Source: a virus (Duplodnaviria > Caudoviricetes). Taken from it: a stretch of 47,637 bases of DNA. Under the pieces are notes generated by a model. That model made no database searches and was not told where the DNA came from. It worked only from the letters and a program-made list of their open reading frames with translations. The position numbers and the translations under genes are program-made. Where the stretch lies: positions 1 through 47,637 of the IMG/VR virus record IMGVR_UViG_3300021476_000005, one strand, 5' to 3'. Below, piece after piece: positions 34,854 to 43,880 of this stretch (positions are counted from its first letter, which is position 1; the number at the start of each line of letters is the position of its first letter).

Positions 34854-35033
34854 TTACGTCCCTTGGTTGAGAATGTTGTGCCCGTTGAGATTGAGGTCAT
34901 TGTTCAACGAAACTGCCTGGCCCGCGTTGCCTTCGAGCTTGCCGAGGCGAATGGAAATGAGGCGAAGCTGCGCGTTGAGGTCAGTGATGAGCTTCTCCAA
35001 TTGCGATGCTTGGCCGACTTGGTGGATTTGCAC
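34854..35033 (-). CDS. 59-aa coiled-coil protein (tail needle/fibre-like)
   Basis: GTG with AGGAG; heptad segment then DLNLNGHNILNQG. Confidence 0.55.
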   Translation of the reverse strand: MQIHQVGQASQLEKLITDLNAQLRLISIRLGKLEGNAGQAVSLNNDLNLNGHNILNQGT

Positions 35034-35046
35034 GGTTGGTCTCCTG

Positions 35047-35631
35047 CTATGCGACCATCGTCAGCAGCAATTCGGTGAGCAAGTCTGCCGCCGCTTTAGC
35101 ATCGGGGTCGGTGTGGTCCGAGCTGCGCTCGTACTCGCGGCTCAGCACCGCGAGGGTTACGCTCGACTCCAGCCACTTGGGAACTGTCGAGCGAAATTCG
35201 GTCGTGAACGCCACGAAGTTGCGGGCAGGGTAGCTCGCGCCGAACGTGCCAGGGGGTGAGAAAGCTGTCCCCGTCACCGGTGGCACTGGGAAGACTTGGA
35301 AATCGAGGTGTGTCTGGTCCTGGAGCACAAAGCAAAATGGTTCGCGCCCCGTGAAAGCCCGCCAGTTCGTGGCCCAACTCTCAATCGACCGCAAGTCACT
35401 CTCTTGCAACCAACGGGTATCGTAGACCAACCCCCGCAAGGTTATGGTCGTGGCGGGAAGAGCTATCGTCATCGTGGGCGAAGTCGAGCTGGCCGCGATT
35501 AACACGAACGTGGTCAGCCACAGATGCTCGTCGAGCGCATAGATGCTCTCGTCGTAAAAGTTCGAGGCACTTACTTGGTCGGCTTGGCCGTTCGATAACG
35601 CCGCAACGAGAGCGAGGACGTCGGTTTTCAA
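35047..35631 (-). CDS. Head-tail adaptor-like protein
   Basis: W...G-x-P...F-x-V-F-P-x-P pattern shared with the two upstream adaptor-like genes. Confidence 0.6.
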   Translation of the reverse strand: MKTDVLALVAALSNGQADQVSASNFYDESIYALDEHLWLTTFVLIAASSTSPTMTIALPATTITLRGLVYDTRWLQESDLRSIESWATNWRAFTGREPFCFVLQDQTHLDFQVFPVPPVTGTAFSPPGTFGASYPARNFVAFTTEFRSTVPKWLESSVTLAVLSREYERSSDHTDPDAKAAADLLTELLLTMVA

Positions 35632-36293
35632 TTTGTCGCCCCTGGCTTGCGCCACCGGCCCCCTTCGAGGTTGATTTGGTAGAGCCGCCCCATGCGTTCG
35701 ACGGCGGTCGCCGCGAGCTTGTACTCGCCGAGTTTGAACAACGCAAGCGCTTCCGCGAGGTCCAGCATCTCGGGCACGAGGTCGTCGGTGATGGCGAGGG
35801 TTGAGAACATGGTCAGGTCAGTGAGATATGGCACCGCGATGAGGGTGAAGTTATAGGCCCGCGTCATGGCGGGATAGATGATGAAAACGTCATGCCCGAA
35901 GAGAGACCACGTGTGGGGGGGACCTCCGCTCGTCGTGGCCCGAAACCACCCGAAGTCACTTTGCCAAAGCTGTGCAAAGGGCGAGAACAAAAGGTCAACG
36001 GTCCCGTTTTGAATGCCGATGAGTTTCATAATGGGGGCTGTGCCACCAGTCCCCAGTATCGGGTCACTGTCAATGTGGTAGGTAGTTTGATAGGGGGTCG
36101 AGGCCCAGGGCACGGTAGTCAATTGGTTCTGTTCAGCGCAGTTGACTTGGCGCTGGGCAATGGACAACAGCGTGAGCGCAAACGCCTGGCCGTTGGCCAG
36201 CGACGGGGGCTGGATGTTCGAGGTGCCGAGACCCCCAGGGTCGCGAACGCGGTCGAGCAAGTTGGTTACGACGGTCGAAGCGAGGGTGCTCAT
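35628..36293 (-). CDS. Head-tail adaptor-like protein
   Basis: LLDRVRDP...AQRQV...GGPP...IIYPA...ALALFKLG. Confidence 0.65.
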   Translation of the reverse strand: MSTLASTVVTNLLDRVRDPGGLGTSNIQPPSLANGQAFALTLLSIAQRQVNCAEQNQLTTVPWASTPYQTTYHIDSDPILGTGGTAPIMKLIGIQNGTVDLLFSPFAQLWQSDFGWFRATTSGGPPHTWSLFGHDVFIIYPAMTRAYNFTLIAVPYLTDLTMFSTLAITDDLVPEMLDLAEALALFKLGEYKLAATAVERMGRLYQINLEGGRWRKPGATN

Positions 36294-36724
36294 GAGTGAG
36301 TCCTAATCCGATGGCAATTAGCACAAACCAAATCGCATTTCATAAGCTCGGTTTGGATTGCGTCTAGTGTATAATGGGTGAACATTATCGCTGGACTGTA
36401 TCGTTTCGTTGAAGGGTCTCGATGGTCGAAGTCCATGCACACGGGCGGGAACTTTAGCCCACAATCCATGCACGGTTGGTCCTTTAGCCAGTCTCGAAAA
36501 GCGTGCAGCTCTTTACGCCTTTTCGCGGCCCAAGCGCCGACCTGACAGCGAATGTGCTCTTTGTTATCTTGGTAATATGACGCACGCTTTTCACTCAATG
36601 TGCCAGGTCGTACTTTTTTAGACTTCCTTGGGCCTTTGCGCTCTCGATACTCTTTCATATAGGCATTGTAATGTTCTCGGTTCTTCGCACGCCACTTATT
36701 GACCGTCGTGACATCGTGTCCCAT
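36290..36724 (-). CDS. HNH endonuclease (free-standing, homing-type)
   Basis: CMDCG...DFDHRDP...CDLVCANCHRIRT; basic helical N-terminus; visibly more AT-rich than its flanks. Confidence 0.9.
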   Translation of the reverse strand: MGHDVTTVNKWRAKNREHYNAYMKEYRERKGPRKSKKVRPGTLSEKRASYYQDNKEHIRCQVGAWAAKRRKELHAFRDWLKDQPCMDCGLKFPPVCMDFDHRDPSTKRYSPAIMFTHYTLDAIQTELMKCDLVCANCHRIRTHS

Positions 36725-36736
36725 AATCCGCCCTTC

Positions 36737-37747
36737 TCACTGGACCGTGATAAGCCCTAGGCGGCTTATCATGTTATCGTATTGTGAATCGATGTCAGTT
36801 GATGAACTGTCACCGAAGTCGCTCCACAGTTCGACATCCTCATCTAGCGCGAGCATGTCTTTGACCACGAGCTGTTGGAGCACTTGCTCCCAACGACCTT
36901 GTGCCTGTTCCATCGCCCGCTGATAGACCATAGCGCTTTGGGCGTCGGGAGGGGTTTTGGCGAGAGCCATCTCGCGCCGGTACTCGTAGATGTCCGCCTT
37001 GACCCCCTCGTAGAGCATGTAAGGGTCAACTTCGGGTGGCAGCAGGGTTTCGAGACGAACGGGGGGCAGGACCTCCCACCAGGTGTAACGGAACAACTCC
37101 TGCTGCGTGCTGTAGGGGTAGATTTCGAGAGTCTTACGGCGGTCGCTCACGAGGGTGTTGGTGACGCCGCTGCCCGCGTTACCGGTGGTGAAAAGTGTCC
37201 CGTGGTAAGCGGGGCCTTCGGCCCAGACCGTCGGAAAGGCAGCAACGAGAATCCGAGCTGCCTCACGGTGGTCTAGCCAATTCATCGTGCGTTCGAGCAG
37301 GCGGCGGAACAGGCGCGGGTGCGTGACTACTCCAATCCATTGTACGTTGGGGGCAGTGGGGGTAAACCGCTGCACGATGTAATAACCAGCGAGGCTGGCG
37401 GTCGATTCGACATAGGGGGAGTTCAGATAGAGCGTCTGGCCCTGCACGTCATTGATGAGGTACCAGTTGGTGTTGAAACGGAAATACCACCCAATTAACC
37501 CCCGCGTGAACGACGTGCTGGTGCCAACGACTTTGTTCGACCCAGTGGTCACGGCGACGGTGCCGACGCTAATTATTGGCGCTGGGTAGACCAGCTCCCC
37601 TTCGTTCCGCAGCGACCGTAGATGGGTCCGGTTCGATACTTCTCGGTACCTTTGCTCGACCCAACTCAAAACTAACGGCAAGCCCATAGACGAGCTTGCC
37701 GCCGTGTTGGCTATTGCCTTGCGCGCCACATCTTCGATAGTGGCCAT
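36737..37747 (-). CDS. Head-tail adaptor-like protein with an inserted beta domain
   Basis: GTVAVTTGSNKVVGTSTSF insert; LEIYPYS; D-P-Y-M-L-Y-E-G. Confidence 0.65.
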   Translation of the reverse strand: MATIEDVARKAIANTAASSSMGLPLVLSWVEQRYREVSNRTHLRSLRNEGELVYPAPIISVGTVAVTTGSNKVVGTSTSFTRGLIGWYFRFNTNWYLINDVQGQTLYLNSPYVESTASLAGYYIVQRFTPTAPNVQWIGVVTHPRLFRRLLERTMNWLDHREAARILVAAFPTVWAEGPAYHGTLFTTGNAGSGVTNTLVSDRRKTLEIYPYSTQQELFRYTWWEVLPPVRLETLLPPEVDPYMLYEGVKADIYEYRREMALAKTPPDAQSAMVYQRAMEQAQGRWEQVLQQLVVKDMLALDEDVELWSDFGDSSSTDIDSQYDNMISRLGLITVQ

Positions 37748-37765
37748 CGATAGTTACCTCAACTG

Positions 37766-37837
37766 CTATCTCGTGAAGCGAGGTGGGTTGAGAATAGAGG
37801 GGGCCTTCGGCTTCGGGTTTTGCTTTGGCTTTTTCAT
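37766..37837 (-). CDS. 23-aa basic peptide
   Basis: MKKPKQNPKPKAPSILNPPRFTR; ATGA overlap with the upstream stop. Confidence 0.35.
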   Translation of the reverse strand: MKKPKQNPKPKAPSILNPPRFTR

Positions 37838-38781
37838 TGCTGTGTGTAAGAAACCAGGACAAAGATGTCGGTAATAGTTCCAGCGCTCACGAGACAAAGT
37901 TCGCTCGAAGCAACGGCTTGGGAGTCGGCGATTTCATTCCCGCCAAAGCCCATTACTGTGTTACCGTTGCCAGCCGTGCCTACGGCGGAGTCAGCTCCCG
38001 CGAACGGCGGCGTCCACACTGTGGCGGTCGTGTCGCAAGCTGTCGAGGTTTTGGTTCCCCATTCAAGCTGCCAGGACGGGGACGTACCAATGTTTTCTAT
38101 TTTCACCCCGCACACATGGACCACCTTCGACGCGACACCAGCGACAATTTCGGTGGTTGTCGCAGTTGTGATGGTCGCCTGCTTTGCAAGCTTCTTTACG
38201 GCGCTGCTGGCACAAGGGTCAATCTCGACCTCAGCAGTAACGGGAATTCCCCCAAAAGCCTCGGCATCGTTGGCCTGGGTTAATGCAGTACCTGCGGCTC
38301 CGGCAGTTGCCGTGGCGGGACCGGCAAGTTCCAAGTCAGAAGTCGAACCGTTATACAGTTCGGGTAGCGATGATGTGACTAGTGAGTTTTGTAAAATTGA
38401 TGTGGCATTGCCTGGTGAGATTATCGCTAGCCCTTGGAGAAAGCCTGTCGCGGCTTTGACGCCTGCCACCAGAAGACCGTTAGCGGGCGGCACCGCTCCT
38501 GTTGCTGCATCTACGTTCGCGCCAGCATGACCTTGTACACCAACAAGTAAAGTTCCGGCGGCTGCCGTTGAGGCGGCGGTGCCTGCAACTTGGGAGACGT
38601 TAGCGGGAAGGGTTCCACCAGTAAACGAGAGGGCATTTCCACTGGCGTCAGTGAGACCTTCCCAGTACGTGACTGATTGGCTAGCGAGTGCTATGGTTCC
38701 AATAAGCAACGAAGCCGTGATAATAATCAGGAATGCCGATACAAGACCTTTACCGGCTTTTCTTATGCTTGTACTTACCAC
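37834..38781 (-). CDS. Putative virion protein with signal-peptide-like N-terminus
   Basis: RKAGKGLVSAFLIIITASLLIGTIALA-SQSV; Ala/Gly/Thr-rich; Cys-containing C-terminal beta domain. Start uncertain (GTG 38781 or TTG 38823). Confidence 0.75.
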   Translation of the reverse strand: MVSTSIRKAGKGLVSAFLIIITASLLIGTIALASQSVTYWEGLTDASGNALSFTGGTLPANVSQVAGTAASTAAAGTLLVGVQGHAGANVDAATGAVPPANGLLVAGVKAATGFLQGLAIISPGNATSILQNSLVTSSLPELYNGSTSDLELAGPATATAGAAGTALTQANDAEAFGGIPVTAEVEIDPCASSAVKKLAKQATITTATTTEIVAGVASKVVHVCGVKIENIGTSPSWQLEWGTKTSTACDTTATVWTPPFAGADSAVGTAGNGNTVMGFGGNEIADSQAVASSELCLVSAGTITDIFVLVSYTQQ

Positions 38782-38917
38782 CGTGTTTTTTCTCGTTGCG
38801 CCGTTCGCTGGCGGCAATGGCAATGGCTTGCTTACGCGAGGTAACTTTTGGTCCGTGTTTCGACCCGCTGTGGAGTTTTCCGTGCTTGAACTTGTGGAGC
38901 ACTTGATTGGATGGCAC
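38750..38917 (-). CDS. DUF6496-like small basic protein (55 aa)
   Basis: VLHKFKHGKLHSGSKHGPKVTSRKQAIAIAASE; AGGAG RBS; below the ORF-track cutoff. Confidence 0.8.
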   Translation of the reverse strand: MPSNQVLHKFKHGKLHSGSKHGPKVTSRKQAIAIAASERRNEKKHGGKYKHKKSR

Positions 38918-38928
38918 GGGTAATTCTC

Positions 38929-39045
38929 CTACTTACGTCGCTTCGACTTCGCACCCCCCATTTTGCAGCACTGGGTGTTCATGACCTCGGCGTCGCGGGC
39001 ACGTTTGAGTCCCGCAGCTTCGCCTTTACCCTTGGTCGATTTCAT
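38929..39045 (-). CDS. 38-aa basic peptide
   Basis: MKSTKGKGEAAGLKRARDAEVMNTQCCKMGGAKSKRRK; GAGGA RBS. Confidence 0.5.
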   Translation of the reverse strand: MKSTKGKGEAAGLKRARDAEVMNTQCCKMGGAKSKRRK

Positions 39046-39056
39046 CGCTCTCGTCC

Positions 39057-40364
39057 TCAGTTGGTCGTGACTGTCACGCCCTGCGAAAGTGGCCGGTAGC
39101 GCATGAAGTACTGAACCGCACCAGTGTCGCTGGCGTTTGTCACGGCGGTGATGATACTAGCCACACCGAGCGCTCCGGCGATGAACTGAGTCGCTGGCGA
39201 CGCGGTTCCTTGCTGGGTTACGTCAATAGCACCTTTGGTCGCGGTGACCGCGAGCGTCGCGCCAAACCCACCCTGGGGCACCAACACAGTTCCAGCTCCG
39301 AGCGACGTGACCGTGCCCGCGACACAAAGGGCAACGTTGCCGAGAGAATTGACGTTGACACCAAATGCCAGGGTCGTGGCCGTGGCGCCAAAGGCGGTCG
39401 TGATAATCGCCCCGATTTCCAGCACGTGGATAATGCCAGTGAAAGTGAAAATTGTGGCCGTCGTGGACTGGGGCAGCGTTTTGGCCGACGGTGAAATAAT
39501 GGTCAGTTCGTTCTGCTGCTGCGAACACGGCGAGTAGTCGTTGCTCAACAGCGTTGAGGCCGCTAGCAACGCATACGGAGCACCGCCAAGATTGGTGTTT
39601 AGAATTCTCCAATCGTTGCCGTAGAAAACTGTGGTCGCGTTGGTGATGTTGTTGACGATGGCGGTCGAGAAATTGCCGAAAATGTTCAGTCCCTGAATGC
39701 GGTGATTGCCACCGCCATTGATACGAATGGCTTCGGTCTTCTGTGACCCGATGGTTCCAGGCTCTAAGTAGGTGTAGCCCGAGATGGTCGTCCGGCGGGT
39801 AACGGTCGAGATGACCTGGACGAGAGACGAAACTGATGTGTTATCGAGCCAGAAGGTGTTTATGAGCGTGCAATCAGTGCCGGTAATGTTGATGCCCGCG
39901 ACTAGCGCATCGATGTTGCCGGTAACTTTCATGCCAATGATGGTGACGTTGTTGGCACCAATGGTTACTTGGGCAGCAGTCGAGGTGACAAAGTTCAACA
40001 CCCCTTTCTCAGCACCATTGCCCAAGAATATCACGGTAACGCCGTCACATTGGCCGGTGGCGAAGTTCAGCGCCCCTGCGGCGTTGACAGTCTCGACATG
40101 GCCAGGTAGCACAAAAATCACGTCGCCATTGTTCGAGGCACACTTGGTAAGGGCGTTGTTGATGGAGTTGAACGGGGATTGCGGGTTCAACCCCAGGCTC
40201 GGGCCACCGCTGGCGCTAGCTACCGCGTTTGCCGAACAGACGTAGTAAATGTTACCAAGGCCCGTTGCCGCACCCACGCCAGGGAAAATCGCCGAAGGCC
40301 CAACTGGGACGAACGGCAGTACATCTAGATTCGGAGGAGTTGTCGAAGAAACGGTGAAGGGCAT
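39057..40364 (-). CDS. Pectin-lyase-like beta-helix virion protein
   Basis: YYVCS...GLNPQSPFNSINNAL...GDVIFVLPGH, followed by Asn/Ile/Gly beta-helix rungs. Confidence 0.75.
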   Translation of the reverse strand: MPFTVSSTTPPNLDVLPFVPVGPSAIFPGVGAATGLGNIYYVCSANAVASASGGPSLGLNPQSPFNSINNALTKCASNNGDVIFVLPGHVETVNAAGALNFATGQCDGVTVIFLGNGAEKGVLNFVTSTAAQVTIGANNVTIIGMKVTGNIDALVAGINITGTDCTLINTFWLDNTSVSSLVQVISTVTRRTTISGYTYLEPGTIGSQKTEAIRINGGGNHRIQGLNIFGNFSTAIVNNITNATTVFYGNDWRILNTNLGGAPYALLAASTLLSNDYSPCSQQQNELTIISPSAKTLPQSTTATIFTFTGIIHVLEIGAIITTAFGATATTLAFGVNVNSLGNVALCVAGTVTSLGAGTVLVPQGGFGATLAVTATKGAIDVTQQGTASPATQFIAGALGVASIITAVTNASDTGAVQYFMRYRPLSQGVTVTTN

Positions 40365-40375
40365 GGGTGGAACCT

Positions 40376-41080
40376 CTATAAAATGCAGTAATTGACGTAA
40401 AGCCGAACCCCATAAAGCTTATAGACCGAAGTCCCAGGGTTCGTGATGTTGATTTCGAGCCAGTCAGCTTGGTCGGGGCCACCGGCCACGCTCACGTTGA
40501 GGCCCAGTACGTAGGGGGTCGTGAGAGGGCGATTGGTGATGATGTTGTTGGCCGAGGTCGTTGTGCCAAGGGCGGCGGGGCCGTCTTTGGTCGTGGTCGC
40601 GGCTCCTGCCGCTGCACCAGTTGCCCACTTCGACGTCACGATGGTGCCGGTGTGAGTGGTCAAACTCGCTGTCCCGAGCGTGTACACGACGTCGTAGGAA
40701 ACTAACTTGAACCCACGAATCAGATGAACGTCGCTATCGGTGGCGAGAGTTTCAGAGCCGAGGGTAATGGGGGCTGGAAAGTTCGAGGTCCCCGATGGGA
40801 AGTTCGTGACAATCGCTGCGGTAATGGGGTCGGCCCCGATTTTCTCGAACACCTCGTTGATGTTGACAGCGATGATGGGGGAGTTGGCGGCGGCGGTGAG
40901 GTTCAGCGAATAGTCGCCAAGGGCGTTACGGGTCGCGGTCCACGCCCCCACGTAGGGGGTGAACAGAGAACCGCTTCCCGCAGGCAACCAAATCGCACCG
41001 TCGGTCTCAAAAGACTTGCTGTAAATTGAGGCGCGGGAGACAAAGCCAGTTGTGTCAATGAAGCCTGGGATAGTCGTCAC
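40376..41080 (-). CDS. Putative virion structural protein
   Basis: Thr/Ala-rich beta protein in the head module; AGGAG RBS. Confidence 0.7.
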   Translation of the reverse strand: MTTIPGFIDTTGFVSRASIYSKSFETDGAIWLPAGSGSLFTPYVGAWTATRNALGDYSLNLTAAANSPIIAVNINEVFEKIGADPITAAIVTNFPSGTSNFPAPITLGSETLATDSDVHLIRGFKLVSYDVVYTLGTASLTTHTGTIVTSKWATGAAAGAATTTKDGPAALGTTTSANNIITNRPLTTPYVLGLNVSVAGGPDQADWLEINITNPGTSVYKLYGVRLYVNYCIL

Positions 41081-41138
41081 TCCTGGAGCAAGCGAGAGGG
41101 ATTAATTGCTCTCTGCCGCTTGCTCACGCGACCAACGG

Positions 41139-41324
41139 TTAGTCGCCTTCGTCGCTGTAGTCCTCATCGTCGTCGTCGAACTCGTCGTCGCACTCGTCCC
41201 AAAGGTCCTCGACCTCTGCAACCACACGCACGCCCAGTGGAACGGACATCCAAACACGCGGCAGCCTCGGTGAGGATGCTTTCGCTACTGCTTCGGCGCC
41301 AAATTCTTCGCTTGAAAATGCCAT
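41139..41324 (-). CDS. Small protein with a very acidic C-terminus
   Basis: ATG 41324 after AGGGG; ends EDLWDECDDEFDDDDEDYSDEGD. Confidence 0.55.
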   Translation of the reverse strand: MAFSSEEFGAEAVAKASSPRLPRVWMSVPLGVRVVAEVEDLWDECDDEFDDDDEDYSDEGD

Positions 41325-41399
41325 TGTTTTTCCCCTATGTGAGTGTGACATCGAGAATGCCACATTCCTCGTCTTCGGTCATTTTGAGAATCGTCAGGT

Positions 41400-41428
41400 A
41401 GTTTAGCATGGAAATGGGCCTGTGTCAA
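41400..41428 (-). promoter_or_regulatory. Sigma70-like internal late promoter
   Basis: TTGACA, 17-nt spacer ending TGC, TAAACT. Confidence 0.7.
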
Positions 41429-41513
41429 CTTGCGGCCTCGCCAGGTATCGAATTGCCTTTTCGAGTAACACAGGACTGTCTAAAAACTGCCCGATTCCTG
41501 TGTTACATTTGTG
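41403..41513 (-). pseudogene. Relic C-terminus of an endonuclease VII-family homing endonuclease
   Basis: Translates as HKCNTGIGQFLDSPVLLEKAIRYL... (EndoVII C-N-x-G-[IL]-G-x-F-x-D...L-x-x-A-x-x-Y-L). An in-frame stop lies just upstream and there is no start. Confidence 0.7.
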
Positions 41514-41555
41514 TACTACAGGGTTGGGCGATTGTCAAGCTGTTGACAAAGAGGC

Positions 41556-42473
41556 TCAGCCGCTACTTCCATCGATGCCCCTGAAGTCCCCGAACCACGA
41601 AATGATGCGGAAATAGATGGTGAAAATCGCGTTCTTGGTCCACGGGTCATCGAAGCTGTCGAGAATGACGTGGGTTCGCCAGCCGAAGTTCAGGTCATGT
41701 TCGCCCTGGGCCGACTGCAAAAACCAGTTGGTCGCGGTGGTGAGATAGTGCGAAATCATGTAGTAGAAGTCTTCGACCTGGAGCTGGTTGATTTCGTTAT
41801 CGCTGGTGTAGGGTTTGTTGGTCGAGCCGAGAATTTCGCGCGCCGCGAAAAGGTTCTGTGGGGCTAACACGAACAGCTTGGGGAACAGAATCTGGGGCAA
41901 CCCACGGTCGTTGGTCAGGGCGTGGAAGCGCAAGATGCTTCCTTGAATACCCGTGACCGAGAACCCCACATCGGGGCTTGGTCGATTCGATATCGTGACC
42001 CCAGGGTTGGCCACGGCTGTGTGGGCACTGTTGAGCAGTGACAGGCCATCGAATGCGCTGCCGACTGGCGGCGTGCTAGTGGCCGTGTTGTACAAATTCC
42101 ACCCGACCACTTCTTCGCGGTTCCGACCGCTTCGGGCCAGCTCACGGGCCATATCGTGGAACACCCCGTACTGCTCGTCTTCCCACGCGGGGTAGGTGAA
42201 CTCGACCGCGAGGCCCCACTCTTGGACCGCGACAGCAATTGCATTCTCGATAACTGGGGCGTCGAGCACGAACGTCTGGCCCTCTTGCTTAGCAGGCACA
42301 GTGCTGAGACCCGCTACTTCGATGTCCTTGATGGGGTTCCAGGGCAGGTCCTGGACGTTCTCGACCTTATCATACTCCAGGGGCCGTTCCATGCCCGTCA
42401 TCTCGTAGACCTGACGTATATCAGGCGCCATGAGCGCGGCAAAGGCAGTGCGACCGACAATAGATGCAGGCAT
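41556..42473 (-). CDS. Major capsid protein (HK97 fold)
   Basis: 305 aa; PAKQEG, ELARSG, FDGLSLLNSAH, PKLFVLAP, DNEIN, HYLT...WFL, DFRGIDGS; downstream of scaffold and decoration genes. Confidence 0.88.
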   Translation of the reverse strand: MPASIVGRTAFAALMAPDIRQVYEMTGMERPLEYDKVENVQDLPWNPIKDIEVAGLSTVPAKQEGQTFVLDAPVIENAIAVAVQEWGLAVEFTYPAWEDEQYGVFHDMARELARSGRNREEVVGWNLYNTATSTPPVGSAFDGLSLLNSAHTAVANPGVTISNRPSPDVGFSVTGIQGSILRFHALTNDRGLPQILFPKLFVLAPQNLFAAREILGSTNKPYTSDNEINQLQVEDFYYMISHYLTTATNWFLQSAQGEHDLNFGWRTHVILDSFDDPWTKNAIFTIYFRIISWFGDFRGIDGSSG

Positions 42474-42491
42474 AAAGTTAACTCCGTTTTT

Positions 42492-43055
42492 CTAGGCGTA
42501 TAGCGTGTCGCCTGCGGTAAGCAGGAGCATGAAATAAACGCGACCCGAGGTTGTCCCGATGGCGTCTTTCAATCCAACAACTACCGCGCGCTTGTTGCCA
42601 CTTAGGGTGCGGTTGAGGTACCAAAGCTTCGACGTCGCACCTTTGGCCAAGTCGAAGGTCGAACCAACGTCGGTCTGGGCAAGGGTCGAGGTCTGGTCGG
42701 GGTCGCCGGCGGTGGTCGCGGCGAGATTTCCCTCAAAGACCACCCCAGGCAACGCGGGGATTATCATGGGACCTTGGTTGGGGGCGCCGGTAATGGGCAC
42801 GGTGATTCCCGCGACCACGGACGTTCCGGCGTAGAAGCCCGCCACCGCGAGGTTCTGGCCAGGATTCTCGGCCACACCCACGATGCCGGTAAGGCTGTCG
42901 GTGGTTCCCTCAACCAAATTGCCGCTGGAAAAGACCAACGGAGCGCCAGCCAAGTAGACCTGGCCAGCGCCCTCGGGATTTGAGGCGTCATGGGGGATGT
43001 CAAAACCCCCGAGAACACGGGCGGCTTTCATGGGTAAGATACTTGCAATTGCCAT
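42492..43055 (-). CDS. Capsid decoration/cement protein
   Basis: AGAPLVFSSG...IVGVAE pattern; immediately upstream of the MCP. Confidence 0.65.
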   Translation of the reverse strand: MAIASILPMKAARVLGGFDIPHDASNPEGAGQVYLAGAPLVFSSGNLVEGTTDSLTGIVGVAENPGQNLAVAGFYAGTSVVAGITVPITGAPNQGPMIIPALPGVVFEGNLAATTAGDPDQTSTLAQTDVGSTFDLAKGATSKLWYLNRTLSGNKRAVVVGLKDAIGTTSGRVYFMLLLTAGDTLYA

Positions 43056-43068
43056 TGGGGATTACCTG

Positions 43069-43821
43069 CTAACGTTTCTTGGGAACCGCTTTGGTGACTG
43101 GGATGCCAAATAGATTGCCGGTGCGGGCGTCTTCGGAAATTTTGTGTTCGGCCAGGGTCATAATCATCTCGCGGTCGAACGCTTTGCGGGGAATTCCGCC
43201 ACGGTTCTGTGCCCGTGCTCGATAGTACTCGTGGGGGTCGCCTTCGACCTCGATGGCTCCTGCGTACTTGGAATAGCGTTCAGCCTTGGCGAGAAGCTGG
43301 GAGCTGGCGCCTAGCTCGCGGGCTTTGGCACGCATTGCCCGTTTGACTTCGATGGCCCGAGCATACTCGCTGCGAATGCGATAGAGCTGCACATCGCCAA
43401 TGCGGCGCGTGCCATCGACATGGCGCATTTCCCAACATTCGGGGAAAGTCTCGCGGGGACCACAGACAAGCTCGTAGCCTTTGGCACGTGGACCAAGCAA
43501 CCGATGCGCGCGCCCCATAATCTCAGCGTGGGACTGATAGGCGAAACTGCCGAGGCAGAGTCCCCACAGGTACGAGTAACCCTCGACCGCATCAATGACC
43601 TCGAACTCGTTGGTCTCAAAGTTGTAATGTTGGGCGATTTCGTTCTCGATGTCGAAGACACCTGGGTCGAACGTGGCATTGTCGCCGGACATCTGTTCGA
43701 TGGCTTCGGCGTGCTGGTCGGTGATTTTGCGCTTGGCTTCGTCACGGTCGTAGCCAGCGGGCATGTCGGCGGGGATGACACGGGGTTCGACGACTTTAGG
43801 GGCTGTGAGATTATCGGACAT
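43069..43821 (-). CDS. Hypothetical head-module protein
   Basis: 250 aa; YLW...GYELV...RIGDVQLYRI pattern seen between scaffold and capsid genes. Confidence 0.7.
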   Translation of the reverse strand: MSDNLTAPKVVEPRVIPADMPAGYDRDEAKRKITDQHAEAIEQMSGDNATFDPGVFDIENEIAQHYNFETNEFEVIDAVEGYSYLWGLCLGSFAYQSHAEIMGRAHRLLGPRAKGYELVCGPRETFPECWEMRHVDGTRRIGDVQLYRIRSEYARAIEVKRAMRAKARELGASSQLLAKAERYSKYAGAIEVEGDPHEYYRARAQNRGGIPRKAFDREMIMTLAEHKISEDARTGNLFGIPVTKAVPKKR

Positions 43822-43833
43822 GGCTTTTGCTCC

Positions 43834-43862
43834 ATTGTATCATAGTTAGAGGGAAATGTCAA
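43834..43862 (-). promoter_or_regulatory. Near-consensus sigma70 promoter for the capsid genes
   Basis: TTGACA (43862-43857), 17-nt spacer ending TGA, TACAAT (43839-43834); only 12 nt upstream of ATG 43821. Confidence 0.8.
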
Positions 43863-43880
43863 TGGGAGGGCTGACCACCA

